This document shows, piece after piece, positions 19,810-29,896 of a DNA stretch of 64,000 bases. Position 1 is the first letter of the stretch. Each line of letters opens with the position of its first letter. The stretch covers positions 672,001 through 736,000 of the forward strand of contig CAVXKA010000003.1 of the NCBI GenBank assembly GCA_963762255.1, given 5' to 3'. Source of the stretch: Candidatus Eiseniibacteriota bacterium. Lineage in GTDB: Bacteria > Eisenbacteria > RBG-16-71-46 > JABDJR01. A program made the position numbers and the translations under genes. A model generated the notes under the pieces. It was given only the letters and a program-made list of their open reading frames with translations. It ran no database searches and was not told where the DNA came from.

Positions 19810-22800
19810 GGCGTTGAGCGCAGGATGACCGCTCGAGCAGTAAGGGTGTCCGGCCCGTGCTTGAGCCGAATCCAGTACATGCCGGAGGGAACCTCCATCG
19901 CGAGGTCCACCGTATGAACGCCCGCACCCAGTGAACCCACCTCTCGCTGACCGACTTGCTTCCCGGCCACGCTGAAGACTTCCAGGGTGGCGGGCTCGGC
20001 GTCGGGGAGCATGAACCGAACTGAGAGGGGTCCCAGTGAGGGATTGGTGACGGGGCCGCTCAAAGCCAACATAAGGGCCGGCACGTCGACCCAGGTCTCT
20101 CCGTAGGCACTCACCCCGCCCGCGCGATCATGGACGACGAGCCGGTACCCATACCGCGCGCCGCGCTCCACCTCGCGATCCAGGAACACAAGCCGAGAGT
20201 CCCCGACCGGTTCGGCGTGCCCCGCTGTCTGCCAGTCTTCGTCGTGGTGACGGCGCTCGACCGTTGCCAGAGCGACGCTTCGTCCATCCCCTTGCCACGC
20301 GAGGTGTACACCTTCATCGTCGGCGCGCGCCTCTTCGATCGCGAAGAGCACCGGAGTCTGGGAACCGTAAACCAGATCCGCGAACTCGGGCCGGTCGACG
20401 AATGGGTTCCGGTTGCCCTGAATGGCATATATCGCGCTATTGCGATTGATCTCCTTCTGACTCACCGGGTCCTCGTCGCTCCAACGTAGGAAGAGATCCA
20501 GTGCCCAAGCCCTCAGCGCCGCCCCGTCCGTTGCGGGACCTCCCGGCCAGGCGGCATCTTCGGAGTGATACCGGGTAGAGAAGTAGAAATAGGCTCGGGC
20601 CAGGTCGCCCTTGAAGTCGTCGATCGGCTCGAAGACGGTCCCTGAGTACCCGGGGATGGAGCTGGGGCCGACCTTGCTTCCGTTCAAGGATGTCCACTGG
20701 GGGACGGCGGTCTCGCCATATGGGTTCACCCCGCGCGTCCCATTCACGTGGGTATCGCACGGGTAGAGGGTGAACAGGTCGGTGTACATGGGCGACACCT
20801 CGCCTCCGAACCAGTTCTTGCACCAGGTGTGCTCGCGCGTGTACCCGGTGCCCTCATGGCCCCCCACTCCTCCCTGGTTGACACCGAACGTGTAGAGGTA
20901 GGGCGGCGTCCCACCCGGGATGTCGGAGTAGATGTCCCACACCTTCCCGTCGCCCGGCCGGACATCCGTGGTGTAGTAGGCCGTCCAAGCGTAGTCGTAG
21001 CTGTGTGCCGTATGGTTTTTGATGATGTCGTGCAGCGCCACCTGGAGCATCTCTCCGGTCAAACCGGCCACAGCATCGTAGTACCCGGGCGGGATGTCGT
21101 GACCGTAGTAGGTGAACGAGGCGGTAGCCCCGGCCGAGGCGTTCCCGTACAAGTCAAACACCCCAGCGACCGCCAGCGTGTAGTCGCCGGGCGCCATCGA
21201 GGACACCGCCAGCAGCACCTGGTCGGGATGCGTGGACTCGCGGGTGCCCCTGCCCACGACCAGACCCGGGATGGCGTAGTGTCCGGCCTCCCCCGCACTG
21301 ACGGGCTCCACCGCCTCGGAAAAGCTCACGCGCAGTGCGGTGTCATTCAGAGCAGCGACCAGGAGCACTACCGGGGCGGTGTGGTCCGCCATCCAGAGGA
21401 CGTCGGCCGAATCACGGGGCTCGATCTTGAATCGGCCCGAGCTGTAGGCGACCGGACCGCTCACCTGGTACGTCGAACCGAGCGTCGCCGCAGCGCGATA
21501 GCCGAGAACGCCGACGCGGCTCGCACCGCTCCCATCGTCCACTTGCCACTCGCCCGCGCCAAGGTCCGGATCGGTGCACACGGCGTTCGCCACGCGGATC
21601 AGCACTCCCTCCAAGGACTCTGCCTCGACACCGGCCGTGTCGATGGGATAAACGTCGGGCAAGACCGCCCCCGGAGTGATGCTCTCCACCTGCGCTTCCA
21701 CCAGCACCGTGTTGCCGAGGTTGCCGGGACCGTCGGTTTCGGTCACACGCCCGGTGACGGTCACGGAGTCGCGCAGCGCCGGCGCCGTCGTGCCACGCAC
21801 CCACAGGCCGTTCCACGGGCCGATTCCATCCTGGAGAACGAAGGTCGTGCCATAGCAGGCGGTCACTACGCCGTGCGTGGTCACGATCATGCCGTCGAGG
21901 GGAGATGCGGAGGACTCGCCTTGGATCTCATGCAGGGTGGCTGGATAGCCGAGGCTGAAGCTCTGCAGCGAGGAGATTGTCGTCGCCGGAAGATCGTTGG
22001 CAGCCTCGATCCGGTAGTAGACGGTCGTGCCACCGGATTGTGCGGGGATCGACGCGATTGTCCGATAGGTATCTTCGGAGACGGGCACCATGCCAATCTC
22101 ATTCGGGAGCGAGGTCGGCGTCGTCCCCCACTCGAGCACCACCATGGTGATGCTCGCGCTCGAATCAGTGACATCCGCGAAGACTCCCACGGAATCGCCC
22201 ACTCCCGGCGACGCGGGATCGGTGTGGATCGATGCGATCCTGGGCCCCGTGAATGGGGACGAGGTGCTGTGGACGCCGGGCGAAGCGTCGGTCGCCAGAT
22301 CGACCTGCGTCGTAGTCCACTCTGCCGGCGTGTAGACCGGGTTCGGTGCACTCACGACCCCAGTGCGGACGTAGTCGGCGTTCTCGAACGCTGTCCCGAG
22401 GGCCACTACGTAGTCGGTGACGGTCCCGAGCGGGTCGAGGAGCTTGGCCCCGTCACCCACCTTGCCGTTCCAGCTGCCGTTGGCGCCCGACCAGCCCTCG
22501 TCCGGAAACGCCACCGGGAAGACTGCGACGGTGGTCGCGTCTCCCGCGACCAGAGCCTGATGTGCGTCGATCAAGCCGGAGAGTTGCCAGGTGAACGCGT
22601 CCGCGCCGTTCGCGACCGCCACCACTCGCCAGCCGGTCAGGTCCACGGCTTCGTCGTTTGGGTTGTAGATCTCGATGAACCGATCCGTGGCATAGTTGAG
22701 CCGCGGGTCGCACAGCTCGGAGATGAAGACATCCGCGCGGACTTGGACGGGTGACCACGCGAGCAGTGCGACGAGCGCTCCTGCGAAACGCAGGGCAAGC

Positions 22801-22814
22801 TTCGGCTTCGACAT
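19806..22814 (-). CDS. Extracellular endonuclease I family protein (LTD, Ig-like, OB folds, His-Me nuclease, C-terminal sorting domain)
   Basis: Signal peptide; VFISELCDP LTD; TREHTWCKNW, KGDLARAYFYF, QGNRNPFVDRP; CTD ending SGMYWIRL...ARAVILR. Confidence 0.9.
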   Translation of the reverse strand: MSKPKLALRFAGALVALLAWSPVQVRADVFISELCDPRLNYATDRFIEIYNPNDEAVDLTGWRVVAVANGADAFTWQLSGLIDAHQALVAGDATTVAVFPVAFPDEGWSGANGSWNGKVGDGAKLLDPLGTVTDYVVALGTAFENADYVRTGVVSAPNPVYTPAEWTTTQVDLATDASPGVHSTSSPFTGPRIASIHTDPASPGVGDSVGVFADVTDSSASITMVVLEWGTTPTSLPNEIGMVPVSEDTYRTIASIPAQSGGTTVYYRIEAANDLPATTISSLQSFSLGYPATLHEIQGESSASPLDGMIVTTHGVVTACYGTTFVLQDGIGPWNGLWVRGTTAPALRDSVTVTGRVTETDGPGNLGNTVLVEAQVESITPGAVLPDVYPIDTAGVEAESLEGVLIRVANAVCTDPDLGAGEWQVDDGSGASRVGVLGYRAAATLGSTYQVSGPVAYSSGRFKIEPRDSADVLWMADHTAPVVLLVAALNDTALRVSFSEAVEPVSAGEAGHYAIPGLVVGRGTRESTHPDQVLLAVSSMAPGDYTLAVAGVFDLYGNASAGATASFTYYGHDIPPGYYDAVAGLTGEMLQVALHDIIKNHTAHSYDYAWTAYYTTDVRPGDGKVWDIYSDIPGGTPPYLYTFGVNQGGVGGHEGTGYTREHTWCKNWFGGEVSPMYTDLFTLYPCDTHVNGTRGVNPYGETAVPQWTSLNGSKVGPSSIPGYSGTVFEPIDDFKGDLARAYFYFSTRYHSEDAAWPGGPATDGAALRAWALDLFLRWSDEDPVSQKEINRNSAIYAIQGNRNPFVDRPEFADLVYGSQTPVLFAIEEARADDEGVHLAWQGDGRSVALATVERRHHDEDWQTAGHAEPVGDSRLVFLDREVERGARYGYRLVVHDRAGGVSAYGETWVDVPALMLALSGPVTNPSLGPLSVRFMLPDAEPATLEVFSVAGKQVGQREVGSLGAGVHTVDLAMEVPSGMYWIRLKHGPDTLTARAVILRSTP

Positions 22815-22889
22815 CGGCACTCCTCTCCACTCACTCCCCACACGGGCTCATGCAGCTTGACCTATCCACCTTCAACTAGAATAAGTCAA

Positions 22890-23062
22890 TGGTGGAGGCG
22901 TCGGGCGTTCTTTCCCGCCGGGGGAGGGGAAGAGTGGTGGAGGCGGCGGGAGCCGAGATCCCGAAGGGATCGAGACCCCGCTGTCCTTGGAGATCAGCGC
23001 ACCGAAGGTGCGCAAACTGGTGGAGGCGGCGGGCATTCCCTCCCGCCGGGGGAGAGGAAGAG
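22890..23062 (-). repeat. Three extra copies of the tmRNA 3' end (CCCGCCGCCTCCACCA) with hairpin spacers
   Basis: Plus-strand TGGTGGAGGCG(G/T)CGGG at 22890, 22935 and 23018, in addition to the true end at 23063; spacers of 29, 67 and 29 nt. Confidence 0.9.
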
Positions 23063-23424
23063 TGGTGGAGGCGGCGGGAATCGAACCCGCGTCCGAAATC
23101 GCATCCCCGAAAGTCACTACGTGCGTAGCCGGATGTTTGATTCTCGCCTCCTCCGTCCCCAACCGGCGGGGTACGGGCTCGGCCAGCTCCTACTTTCTCG
23201 CCGCGCCCCCGGAGCAAGGGCGCTAGCCAGTCCGTCTGTTATGACGGTCTCCTCTCCCCCGACGGACAAAGGGAGGGAGCCCGTCGCTGTGGTCTAACTT
23301 TCGTTAGGCAGCGAAAGCCAACTGATTGTTGTCAGTTGCGTTTTCCCGCAGGGTTTAACGAGGACCACGGGACCTCGGCACGCGCCTCTCGCTTCCGCGA
23401 CCCCGTCGAAGCCATGTCGCCCCC
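23063..23424 (-). ncRNA. ssrA: tmRNA (tag reading frame ATDNNQLAFAA*)
   Basis: 5' GGGGGCGACATGGCTTCGAC; 3' GGACGCGGGTTCGATTCCCGCCGCCTCCACCA; tag codons GCA ACT GAC AAC AAT CAG TTG GCT TTC GCT GCC TAA. Confidence 0.95.
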
Positions 23425-23537
23425 ACTCGGTGGTCGGAAGCGGCGCGCCCGGCAAGACCAGCCGGGAGCACGCCAGCGTCTCTAATAGTGTAGCGTATCC
23501 GGGACCTCACCGGGGCCTCGGCGCAACCCTCCCCAAC

Positions 23538-26213
23538 TCACTTCCCCCGCGCGAATTGCGCGAACCAGTTCTGAGCGATCACGATCCCCGGCTCGGCGTC
23601 AGATCGCTTCTCGTCCTCCGCCTTCCGCAGGAACACGAACCGCTTGCCGTCGGGGGCCACGTCGAAGGCGTCCGGCCAGCCGAAGACCCTCTGCACTCCG
23701 CTGCCTTCGTGGGTGAAGAGGACCTTGGGCGCCCCGAGCGTGAGCGCGGGCTCGTATTCGATGGGAACCGAGATCAGCTTGTTCCCCTCGGTGTAGAAGA
23801 GCTCCTTCCCGTCCCCGCTCCAACGCGGCCAGATGCCTCCCTGAGTCGAGGCCTGCCACTTCCCCTGGCCGCTCGGAAACTCCTTCAGGTAGACCTCGTC
23901 CTTCCCCGATTCGTCGGCGCTGTAGGCCACGTAGCGCCCGTTGGGCGAGAGCTGAGGCCACACATAGGAAGCCGTGGCGGACTTCACGAGGATCTTCGGT
24001 TCTCCCACCAGGGTCGCATCCGGGCCGAGCAGCGCGTACCAGAGGTCCCAGGTCTTGCCGTTGTAGCGGATGTACAGGAGGTACTTGCCGTCCGGTGACA
24101 CCGAGAAGTACCCGCCCGGCACGATCTCGTGCGGAGACCCCGTGCCGTCGCTCCGGCGCGCCATGATGTCAATGTTGGACGAGGTCCCCTCCTGGTAGTA
24201 GATCCACTTTCCGTCCGGCGACCATTCAGGATAGTCCTGAAGATCCTGCTCGAAGGTGAATCGGGTCCGGGTCCCCCGCGCGGTGTCGTAGATCCAGATG
24301 TCCCGGTCGTCTCCCTCGGTGGCTCGTACGGCCACGCGTCCGCCATCGGGCGAGAGCCGCGGCGAGGGATACATCTGCTGCTTTTCGCCGATCGTGCCCT
24401 CGACGGCGCCGCTCCGCGAGATCCATACGAGCTGACTCATCTGTGTGCTGCGCCCCCGAACGTAGAGCAGCGTGCCGTCGTCCGCCACCGCCGGGGCGCC
24501 CCCCTCGGGCGCGACCAGGAACGGCTCTCCCGTCTGTTCGAGCTTGGAGGGCGAGAACGGAACCGCCCACACGCCTCGATTCCCGGGCTCCCGGGCGAAG
24601 ACGACGTGCCCGCTCGCCGAGTACACGGGATGGCTCAGGCTCTGGTCCGCCATCTGGACCACGCGCTTGCGTTCCCGCCCGTCAAAGCAGTCGATCGTGT
24701 CGTACCCGCCCTCTTTCCGATGAACGACGAACACGAAACCGCGGCCGCCGGGAAGCGCGGCGATGTTGTGGAAGTCCTCTTCGCTCGTGGTGTCGGGCTT
24801 CACGATTGCCTTGGCGTCGCCGCCCTGGGCGAGAACTTCCTTGATGTCACTGCTGCCCGTGCAGAAAACGATCTTCTCTCCGGCAAGCCAGGCTCCCGAA
24901 GCGGCGTTGCTGGACGACTCGCCGAGTTCGCACACGAGCGTGGGATCTCCCCCGCTCACCGGCCATTTCCAGAGGCGGGACCCCACGAAGAAGGCGAGCA
25001 CGTTCCCGTCGCGCGACCAGAACGGAGACACCGCGTCCGCGCTGCGAGGAACCTCGGTCGCCTCGAGATGATCCAGGTCGCGCACCCAGAGACGCCCCTG
25101 GGCGGTGTAGGCCATGCGCCGTCCATCGGCGGAGATGGCCAGGGTCGTACCCGCCCCCGCACTCGCCGACGCATCGGCAAGAGGGATCTCGAACTTGCGC
25201 ACGGGAAGTTGTGTCCGCGCGGGTTTCATCGTCCACGCGAGTCCGGCGGCCACGGCGGCGACCACAACGGTCGTGGCGGCGACGATAACGATCCATCGAC
25301 GCGAGGACGTCCCGGCCGCCGCGACAGCCACCGACGGCGACGCCGCGTCCACGTCTCCCGCGAGCACGTCGTCGATGGTGATGCGCGCGTCGCCGATGTC
25401 GCGCAACCGCTTCGATGGATCACGCTGCAGGCACCGCCGGATCATCCGCCGGATCGGCGCCGGCGTGGACTCCGGCAGCGCGCTCCAATCCGGATCGGTC
25501 TTGAGCACGGACGCAAGCGTGTCCGAGATCGTCTCCCCGGCAAAGAGCCGCTTGCCGGTCAGCATCTCGAAGAGGATCACTCCCCACGCCCAGATGTCGG
25601 CGCGCTTGTCCGCGGCCCTCCCGCGCGCTTGCTCCGGACTCATGTAGGCGGCGGTACCGAGGATCACGTTGGCCGCGGTCAAGTGGCCGGTGATGGTCGG
25701 CGACTGGGTCATGAGCCCGGTGCCCTCCATCGGGCGATCTCCCTCCAGCGCCTTGGCCAGACCGAAGTCGAGAACCTTCACTTGCCCCTGGGCGGTCAAC
25801 TTCACGTTCGCCGGCTTGAGGTCCCGGTGCACCACGCCGCGCTCGTGCGCGGCCTCCAAGGCGTCGGCGATCTGACGCGCGATGCGCAGTGCCTCGTCGA
25901 GCGGAATCGCGCCGGCTTGGATGCGCTCCTCCAGTGTCGGCCCCTCGACCAGCTCCAGCACCAACGCGCGGTCGTTTCCGCTCTCCTCCAGACCGTAGAT
26001 GGCGCCGATGTGCGGGTGATTCAGCGAGGCCAGCACCTGCGCCTCGCGGCGGAACCGGGCGAGCCGCTCCGGGTCTTCGAGGAATGCGGCGGGGAGCATC
26101 TTGAGCGCGACCTCGCGGCCCAGCTTGGAGTCGCTGGCGCGATAGACCACGCCCATGCCGCCCTCGCCGATCTTGGCCAGAATCCTGTAGTGGGAGACGG
26201 ATTTCTCTTCCAT
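23538..26213 (-). CDS. Hanks-type Ser/Thr protein kinase with TM helix and TolB/PD40-like beta-propeller
   Basis: IGEGGMGVVY, VALK, HRDLKPAN, DFG, YMSPEQ; WSPDG repeats. Confidence 0.93.
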   Translation of the reverse strand: MEEKSVSHYRILAKIGEGGMGVVYRASDSKLGREVALKMLPAAFLEDPERLARFRREAQVLASLNHPHIGAIYGLEESGNDRALVLELVEGPTLEERIQAGAIPLDEALRIARQIADALEAAHERGVVHRDLKPANVKLTAQGQVKVLDFGLAKALEGDRPMEGTGLMTQSPTITGHLTAANVILGTAAYMSPEQARGRAADKRADIWAWGVILFEMLTGKRLFAGETISDTLASVLKTDPDWSALPESTPAPIRRMIRRCLQRDPSKRLRDIGDARITIDDVLAGDVDAASPSVAVAAAGTSSRRWIVIVAATTVVVAAVAAGLAWTMKPARTQLPVRKFEIPLADASASAGAGTTLAISADGRRMAYTAQGRLWVRDLDHLEATEVPRSADAVSPFWSRDGNVLAFFVGSRLWKWPVSGGDPTLVCELGESSSNAASGAWLAGEKIVFCTGSSDIKEVLAQGGDAKAIVKPDTTSEEDFHNIAALPGGRGFVFVVHRKEGGYDTIDCFDGRERKRVVQMADQSLSHPVYSASGHVVFAREPGNRGVWAVPFSPSKLEQTGEPFLVAPEGGAPAVADDGTLLYVRGRSTQMSQLVWISRSGAVEGTIGEKQQMYPSPRLSPDGGRVAVRATEGDDRDIWIYDTARGTRTRFTFEQDLQDYPEWSPDGKWIYYQEGTSSNIDIMARRSDGTGSPHEIVPGGYFSVSPDGKYLLYIRYNGKTWDLWYALLGPDATLVGEPKILVKSATASYVWPQLSPNGRYVAYSADESGKDEVYLKEFPSGQGKWQASTQGGIWPRWSGDGKELFYTEGNKLISVPIEYEPALTLGAPKVLFTHEGSGVQRVFGWPDAFDVAPDGKRFVFLRKAEDEKRSDAEPGIVIAQNWFAQFARGK

Positions 26214-26319
26214 GGGTTCGGCTGCCTCGCTGGGTGGGGATCACAAATGCCGCGAAGTGGGCCGCTAAGTTAAATGGACTCCGGGCATGAAGCGCCCGAG
26301 GAGCCGGGAGGGACAAAGT

Positions 26320-26395
<76 letters not shown>

Positions 26396-26501
26396 ATCCG
26401 GTCATCGCGCCGGGCGTGAAACTCCGACGCTCGAATCGCGTCCGTGAGCCCCGGCGCAAAGCTCGGCGGGCGTCCGGAGACGCCCGCCGAAAGCGCGCAG
26501 A

Positions 26502-26530
26502 ACCATAACAAACGACCCCGATGGGGTCAA
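26502..26530 (-). promoter_or_regulatory. Sigma70-type promoter for tRNA-Lys
   Basis: TTGACC-17 nt-TATGGT. Confidence 0.55.
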
Positions 26531-26533
26531 CCG

Positions 26534-26980
26534 TCAGAACGGCAGGTCGTCGTCGCTCGCAGGAGCCTCGTCGCCGCCCACAGGTGCGAACTGCGTGTCC
26601 TCGCCGACACCGCCCTCGGCCGCACCGCCGCCGCCCTCGCCGCGGCCGCCGACCATGACGAGGTCATTCGCCTTGATCTCGGTGGAGTAGCGCGTATTCC
26701 CCTGCTGATCCTGGTACTGGCGGGTCTGGAGACTCCCCTCGATGTACACTTGGCGGCCCTTTTTCAGGTACTGCCCGACGATCTCGGCGAGCTTTCCCCA
26801 GGCCACGACCCGGTGCCATTCCGTCTTCTCGACCCGCTCGCCGCTCGTCTTGTCGTTGTACGACTCGTTGGTGGCGATGCGGAGGTTGGCGACCGCGGTG
26901 CCGCCCTGGGTGTAGCGCACCTCGGGGTCGGCTCCCAGATGGCCGAGAAGGATGACCTTGTTGACGCTGCGTGTTGCCAT
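26534..26980 (-). CDS. ssb: Single-stranded DNA-binding protein
   Basis: [23 protein letters not shown], acidic DDDLPF tail. Confidence 0.97.
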   Translation of the reverse strand: MATRSVNKVILLGHLGADPEVRYTQGGTAVANLRIATNESYNDKTSGERVEKTEWHRVVAWGKLAEIVGQYLKKGRQVYIEGSLQTRQYQDQQGNTRYSTEIKANDLVMVGGRGEGGGGAAEGGVGEDTQFAPVGGDEAPASDDDLPF

Positions 26981-27132
26981 GCGGATTCCTTTCACGCGCC
27001 CCCGGCGATCATGCCGGACCGGCGCCACAAACGACGGGGTCCTCGCGGACGGGACCGGAGGACGGGGGAAGGCGGGATAGGAAAACCTGGAAATGACGGT
27101 AGTGCAGGCCGGGACCGCGGTCAAGGCCGGCG

Positions 27133-27161
27133 TTGAATCGGGGAGGGGCCGGTGCTAGGAT
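27133..27161 (+). promoter_or_regulatory. Sigma70-type promoter for tRNA-Pro/His; divergent ssb promoter adjacent
   Basis: TTGAAT-17-TAGGAT on plus; TTGACC-17-TACCGT on minus at about 27096-27124. Confidence 0.55.
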
Positions 27162-27212
27162 GGCGGGCCGCTTTCGCATTGGACGGGTTGCCGGCGGCAA
27201 CCCCTGCGACCT

Positions 27213-27289
27213 CGGGGCGTAGCGCAGTTTGGTAGCGCACCTGCTTTGGGAGCAGGGGGTCGTAGGTTCGAATCCTATCGCCCCGACCA
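27213..27289 (+). tRNA. tRNA-Pro(TGG)
   Basis: CGGGGCG acceptor, CCTGC-TT-TGG-GA-GCAGG arm, CCA. Confidence 0.95.
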
Positions 27290-27324
27290 CTTCGCCGAGA
27301 GGCGTCACGACACACCGTTCAGGC

Positions 27325-27401
27325 GGTGGGTGTAGCTCAGTTGGTAGAGCACCGGACTGTGGCTCCGGCTGTCGCGGGTTCAAATCCCGTCACCCACCCC
27401 A
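27325..27401 (+). tRNA. tRNA-His(GTG)
   Basis: G-1 plus GTGGGTG acceptor, CCGGA-CT-GTG-GC-TCCGG arm, C73-CCA. Confidence 0.95.
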
Positions 27402-27438
27402 TTCTTCGCCGGATGGGGCGTCTTCCCCGGCCGCGGCG

Positions 27439-29550
27439 TCACACCGATCGTGGGACGCAGGGCAGGGCCACCTGTCCATCCTCATCCATCAGCGGCGTCG
27501 GCGGAGCCACGGCACGCCCCTGCGCGTATCCCACCCCCAGCTCCCGCAGCTTGTGCAGAACGGTATCGCTCTCGACCTCCTCCGCGATCGTGGTGATGCC
27601 CATGATCCGACCGACCTCGTTGACGGCGCTCACGAGAGTGCCGTACACGGGGTCTTCGGCGACGCGCCGCACGTAGTGGCCGCCGATCTTCACGTAGTCG
27701 ACCGGCAGCGCCTTGAGGTAGGCGAACGAGGCCAGCCCGCTGCCGAAGTCATCCAGCCCGACTCCGCAACCCACCGCGCGGAGTTCGGAAATGAGGCGCA
27801 CCAACTGGGCGAAGTTCCCGAGCGCCGCCGCCTCGGCGATCTCGAAGCTCAAGACCTCCGGCGGAAGTCGGTGCTGCGTCAAGTACTCGCGGAGCGCGGG
27901 GACCAGATCCGAGTCGTTCAGCGAGGAAGCGCTGAGGTTGATGGAGCAGAGGGGCAGCTCGCAATCCGGGTGGTTCAGATGCCACGCGGCCAGAAGCGTG
28001 ACCGTCTGCCGCACGACCCAGCGGTCGATCGCAGGTATCAGCCGGAAGCGCTCCGCCTGCGGGAGGAAAGAGTCGGGGGTCTCCGCACCGCCCTGCTCAT
28101 CCGGCAGGCGCAGGAGAATCTCGCACCGTGGACGGGCTTGGGGCTGCGGCGCCAGAGGTACGATCGCTTGAGAGAACAGTTGAAAACGACCATCCTCCAC
28201 CGCGCGCGTCAGGCGCGTGATCCGTCGGGTCTCCACCTCCTGCTGAACCCCGGGGGGCACCTCCGGCCCGACATGGACACGGTTGCCTCCCGCCTCCTTG
28301 GCCACAAAGCAGGCATTGTCGGCGGCGCGCAGGACGTCGGCCGTTCGTCCGCTCACCGCCGTGATCGGGACGACGCCGATGCTGGCGCCGAGCGAGAAAC
28401 TCCGTCCCTCCCACTCAAAGTGGAATCCTTCGATGGCCCGCTGGAGGTTGCCGGCGATTTCCTCGGCCTTGTCCGACGAGCAATGTTCCAGGAGGATGCC
28501 GAACTCGTCTCCGCCGAGCCGCGCGACCGTGTCGCGGCTGCGCAGACGACCGGCCAAGAGCTTCCCGATCGTCCTGAGGAGGCCGTCTCCGGCCTCGTGA
28601 CCGCACGTATCGTTCACGAGCTTGAATCGGTCCAGATCCAGGTAGCACAGAGCGTGCTCCGCCGTACCGATCGCCCCCTCCGCCAGCACCTGCGCCAGGC
28701 GGCGCTCGAACTCCTGCCGGCTGATCAGACCGGTGAGGGAATCGTGGGTCGCATCGTGAGAGAGCTTGCGGACCGAGCGACGCCTTTCGGTGACGTCATG
28801 AAAGACCAACACCACCCCGATCGTGGCCCCATTGGGGTCGCGGAGCGGGGCCGCCGAGTCTCCGATCGCCACTTCCGTCCCGTCGCGGCGCAGCAGAAGT
28901 ACGCCGTCAACCAGGTCCACCGCGCGTCCTTCTTGAAGACAGCGGTCAGGGATGCTCTCGATGGGCTGCCGCGTCGCCTCGGAGACGAGAGCAAGGACGG
29001 TGCCCAGGGGCTGCCCCAGCGCTTCGGTCGTGCGCCAGCCGGTAAGCCGCTCCGCCGTGGGGTTCAGATACGTGATCGTCCCAGCAACGTCGGTCGTGAT
29101 GACGGCATCCGCGATCGATGCCAGGGTGACGGAGGCTTGCTCCTTCTCCCGGAAGAGGGCCTCCTGAGCGCGCCGCCACTTGGTGAGATCGCGAATCGTC
29201 ACCAACTCGAGCGCGTCTTGACCGGGGCATAAGGGGCCGCGGTTGAACTCCGCCGGGAACTCGGTCCCATCCTGCCGTCGGGCAAACAGGCTGACCGGAG
29301 CACGCTTCGGCGGAATCCGCGGCGACTCGCCATCACCAGCGGGCTGCGACTCGGTGAGACGTTGGAAGCGCAGGGGAACGACCCGATCCAGAGGTTCGCC
29401 CAATAACTCCCCCTCCCTCCATCCGAAGAGTCGCTCGGCCTCCGGATTCAGGGCGATCACGATGCCCCGCGCGTCGACGACGAGCATGGCGTCGGAGACG
29501 GCGGCAAGAAGCTGCCGGAATCCCATTTCCCGCACTTGATCATTGGCCAT
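27439..29550 (-). CDS. PAS-PAS-GGDEF-EAL diguanylate cyclase/phosphodiesterase
   Basis: Two PAS domains, HDSLTGL, RLGGDEF, EILLRL, DDFGSG. Confidence 0.92.
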   Translation of the reverse strand: MANDQVREMGFRQLLAAVSDAMLVVDARGIVIALNPEAERLFGWREGELLGEPLDRVVPLRFQRLTESQPAGDGESPRIPPKRAPVSLFARRQDGTEFPAEFNRGPLCPGQDALELVTIRDLTKWRRAQEALFREKEQASVTLASIADAVITTDVAGTITYLNPTAERLTGWRTTEALGQPLGTVLALVSEATRQPIESIPDRCLQEGRAVDLVDGVLLLRRDGTEVAIGDSAAPLRDPNGATIGVVLVFHDVTERRRSVRKLSHDATHDSLTGLISRQEFERRLAQVLAEGAIGTAEHALCYLDLDRFKLVNDTCGHEAGDGLLRTIGKLLAGRLRSRDTVARLGGDEFGILLEHCSSDKAEEIAGNLQRAIEGFHFEWEGRSFSLGASIGVVPITAVSGRTADVLRAADNACFVAKEAGGNRVHVGPEVPPGVQQEVETRRITRLTRAVEDGRFQLFSQAIVPLAPQPQARPRCEILLRLPDEQGGAETPDSFLPQAERFRLIPAIDRWVVRQTVTLLAAWHLNHPDCELPLCSINLSASSLNDSDLVPALREYLTQHRLPPEVLSFEIAEAAALGNFAQLVRLISELRAVGCGVGLDDFGSGLASFAYLKALPVDYVKIGGHYVRRVAEDPVYGTLVSAVNEVGRIMGITTIAEEVESDTVLHKLRELGVGYAQGRAVAPPTPLMDEDGQVALPCVPRSV

Positions 29551-29763
29551 GGTCGGCAAACCTCCGATCTACGGGGGCCGAACTGTGGCTCCGAGGCCGC
29601 GCGAAACACTTGATGCTTCAAACCCTAATTCAATCAGAAGTCCCGGAGCGATCCGCACCATAAATACAGCCTATACCGTAAAACAACCCGCAGCGGTATG
29701 CAAGGCGGTTTTCGCAGGGGGTGCACCCGCCTCGCGTCCCTGATACCATTCCCCGCCGCACGG

Positions 29764-29840
<77 letters not shown>

Positions 29841-29896
29841 TTTCTTCAGTTTCGCGGTCACCCGACGCCGACTCGGACCCAGCCGCCACGAACCCA

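Noticed and set aside
17151-22860. Integrative island or prophage at ssrA
   Set aside because: No integrase, phage genes or distal att copy was seen; only the local repeat array is supported.
22890-23078. CRISPR-like repeat-spacer appearance
   Set aside because: The repeat is only 16 nt and equals the tmRNA 3' end, spacer lengths are unequal, two spacers are near-identical, and there are no cas genes.
26463-26490. Perfect hairpin TCGGCGGGCGTC-CGGA-GACGCCCGCCGA
   Set aside because: Single occurrence in the ssb to tRNA-Lys spacer; most simply a terminator or leader stem, not a repeat family.
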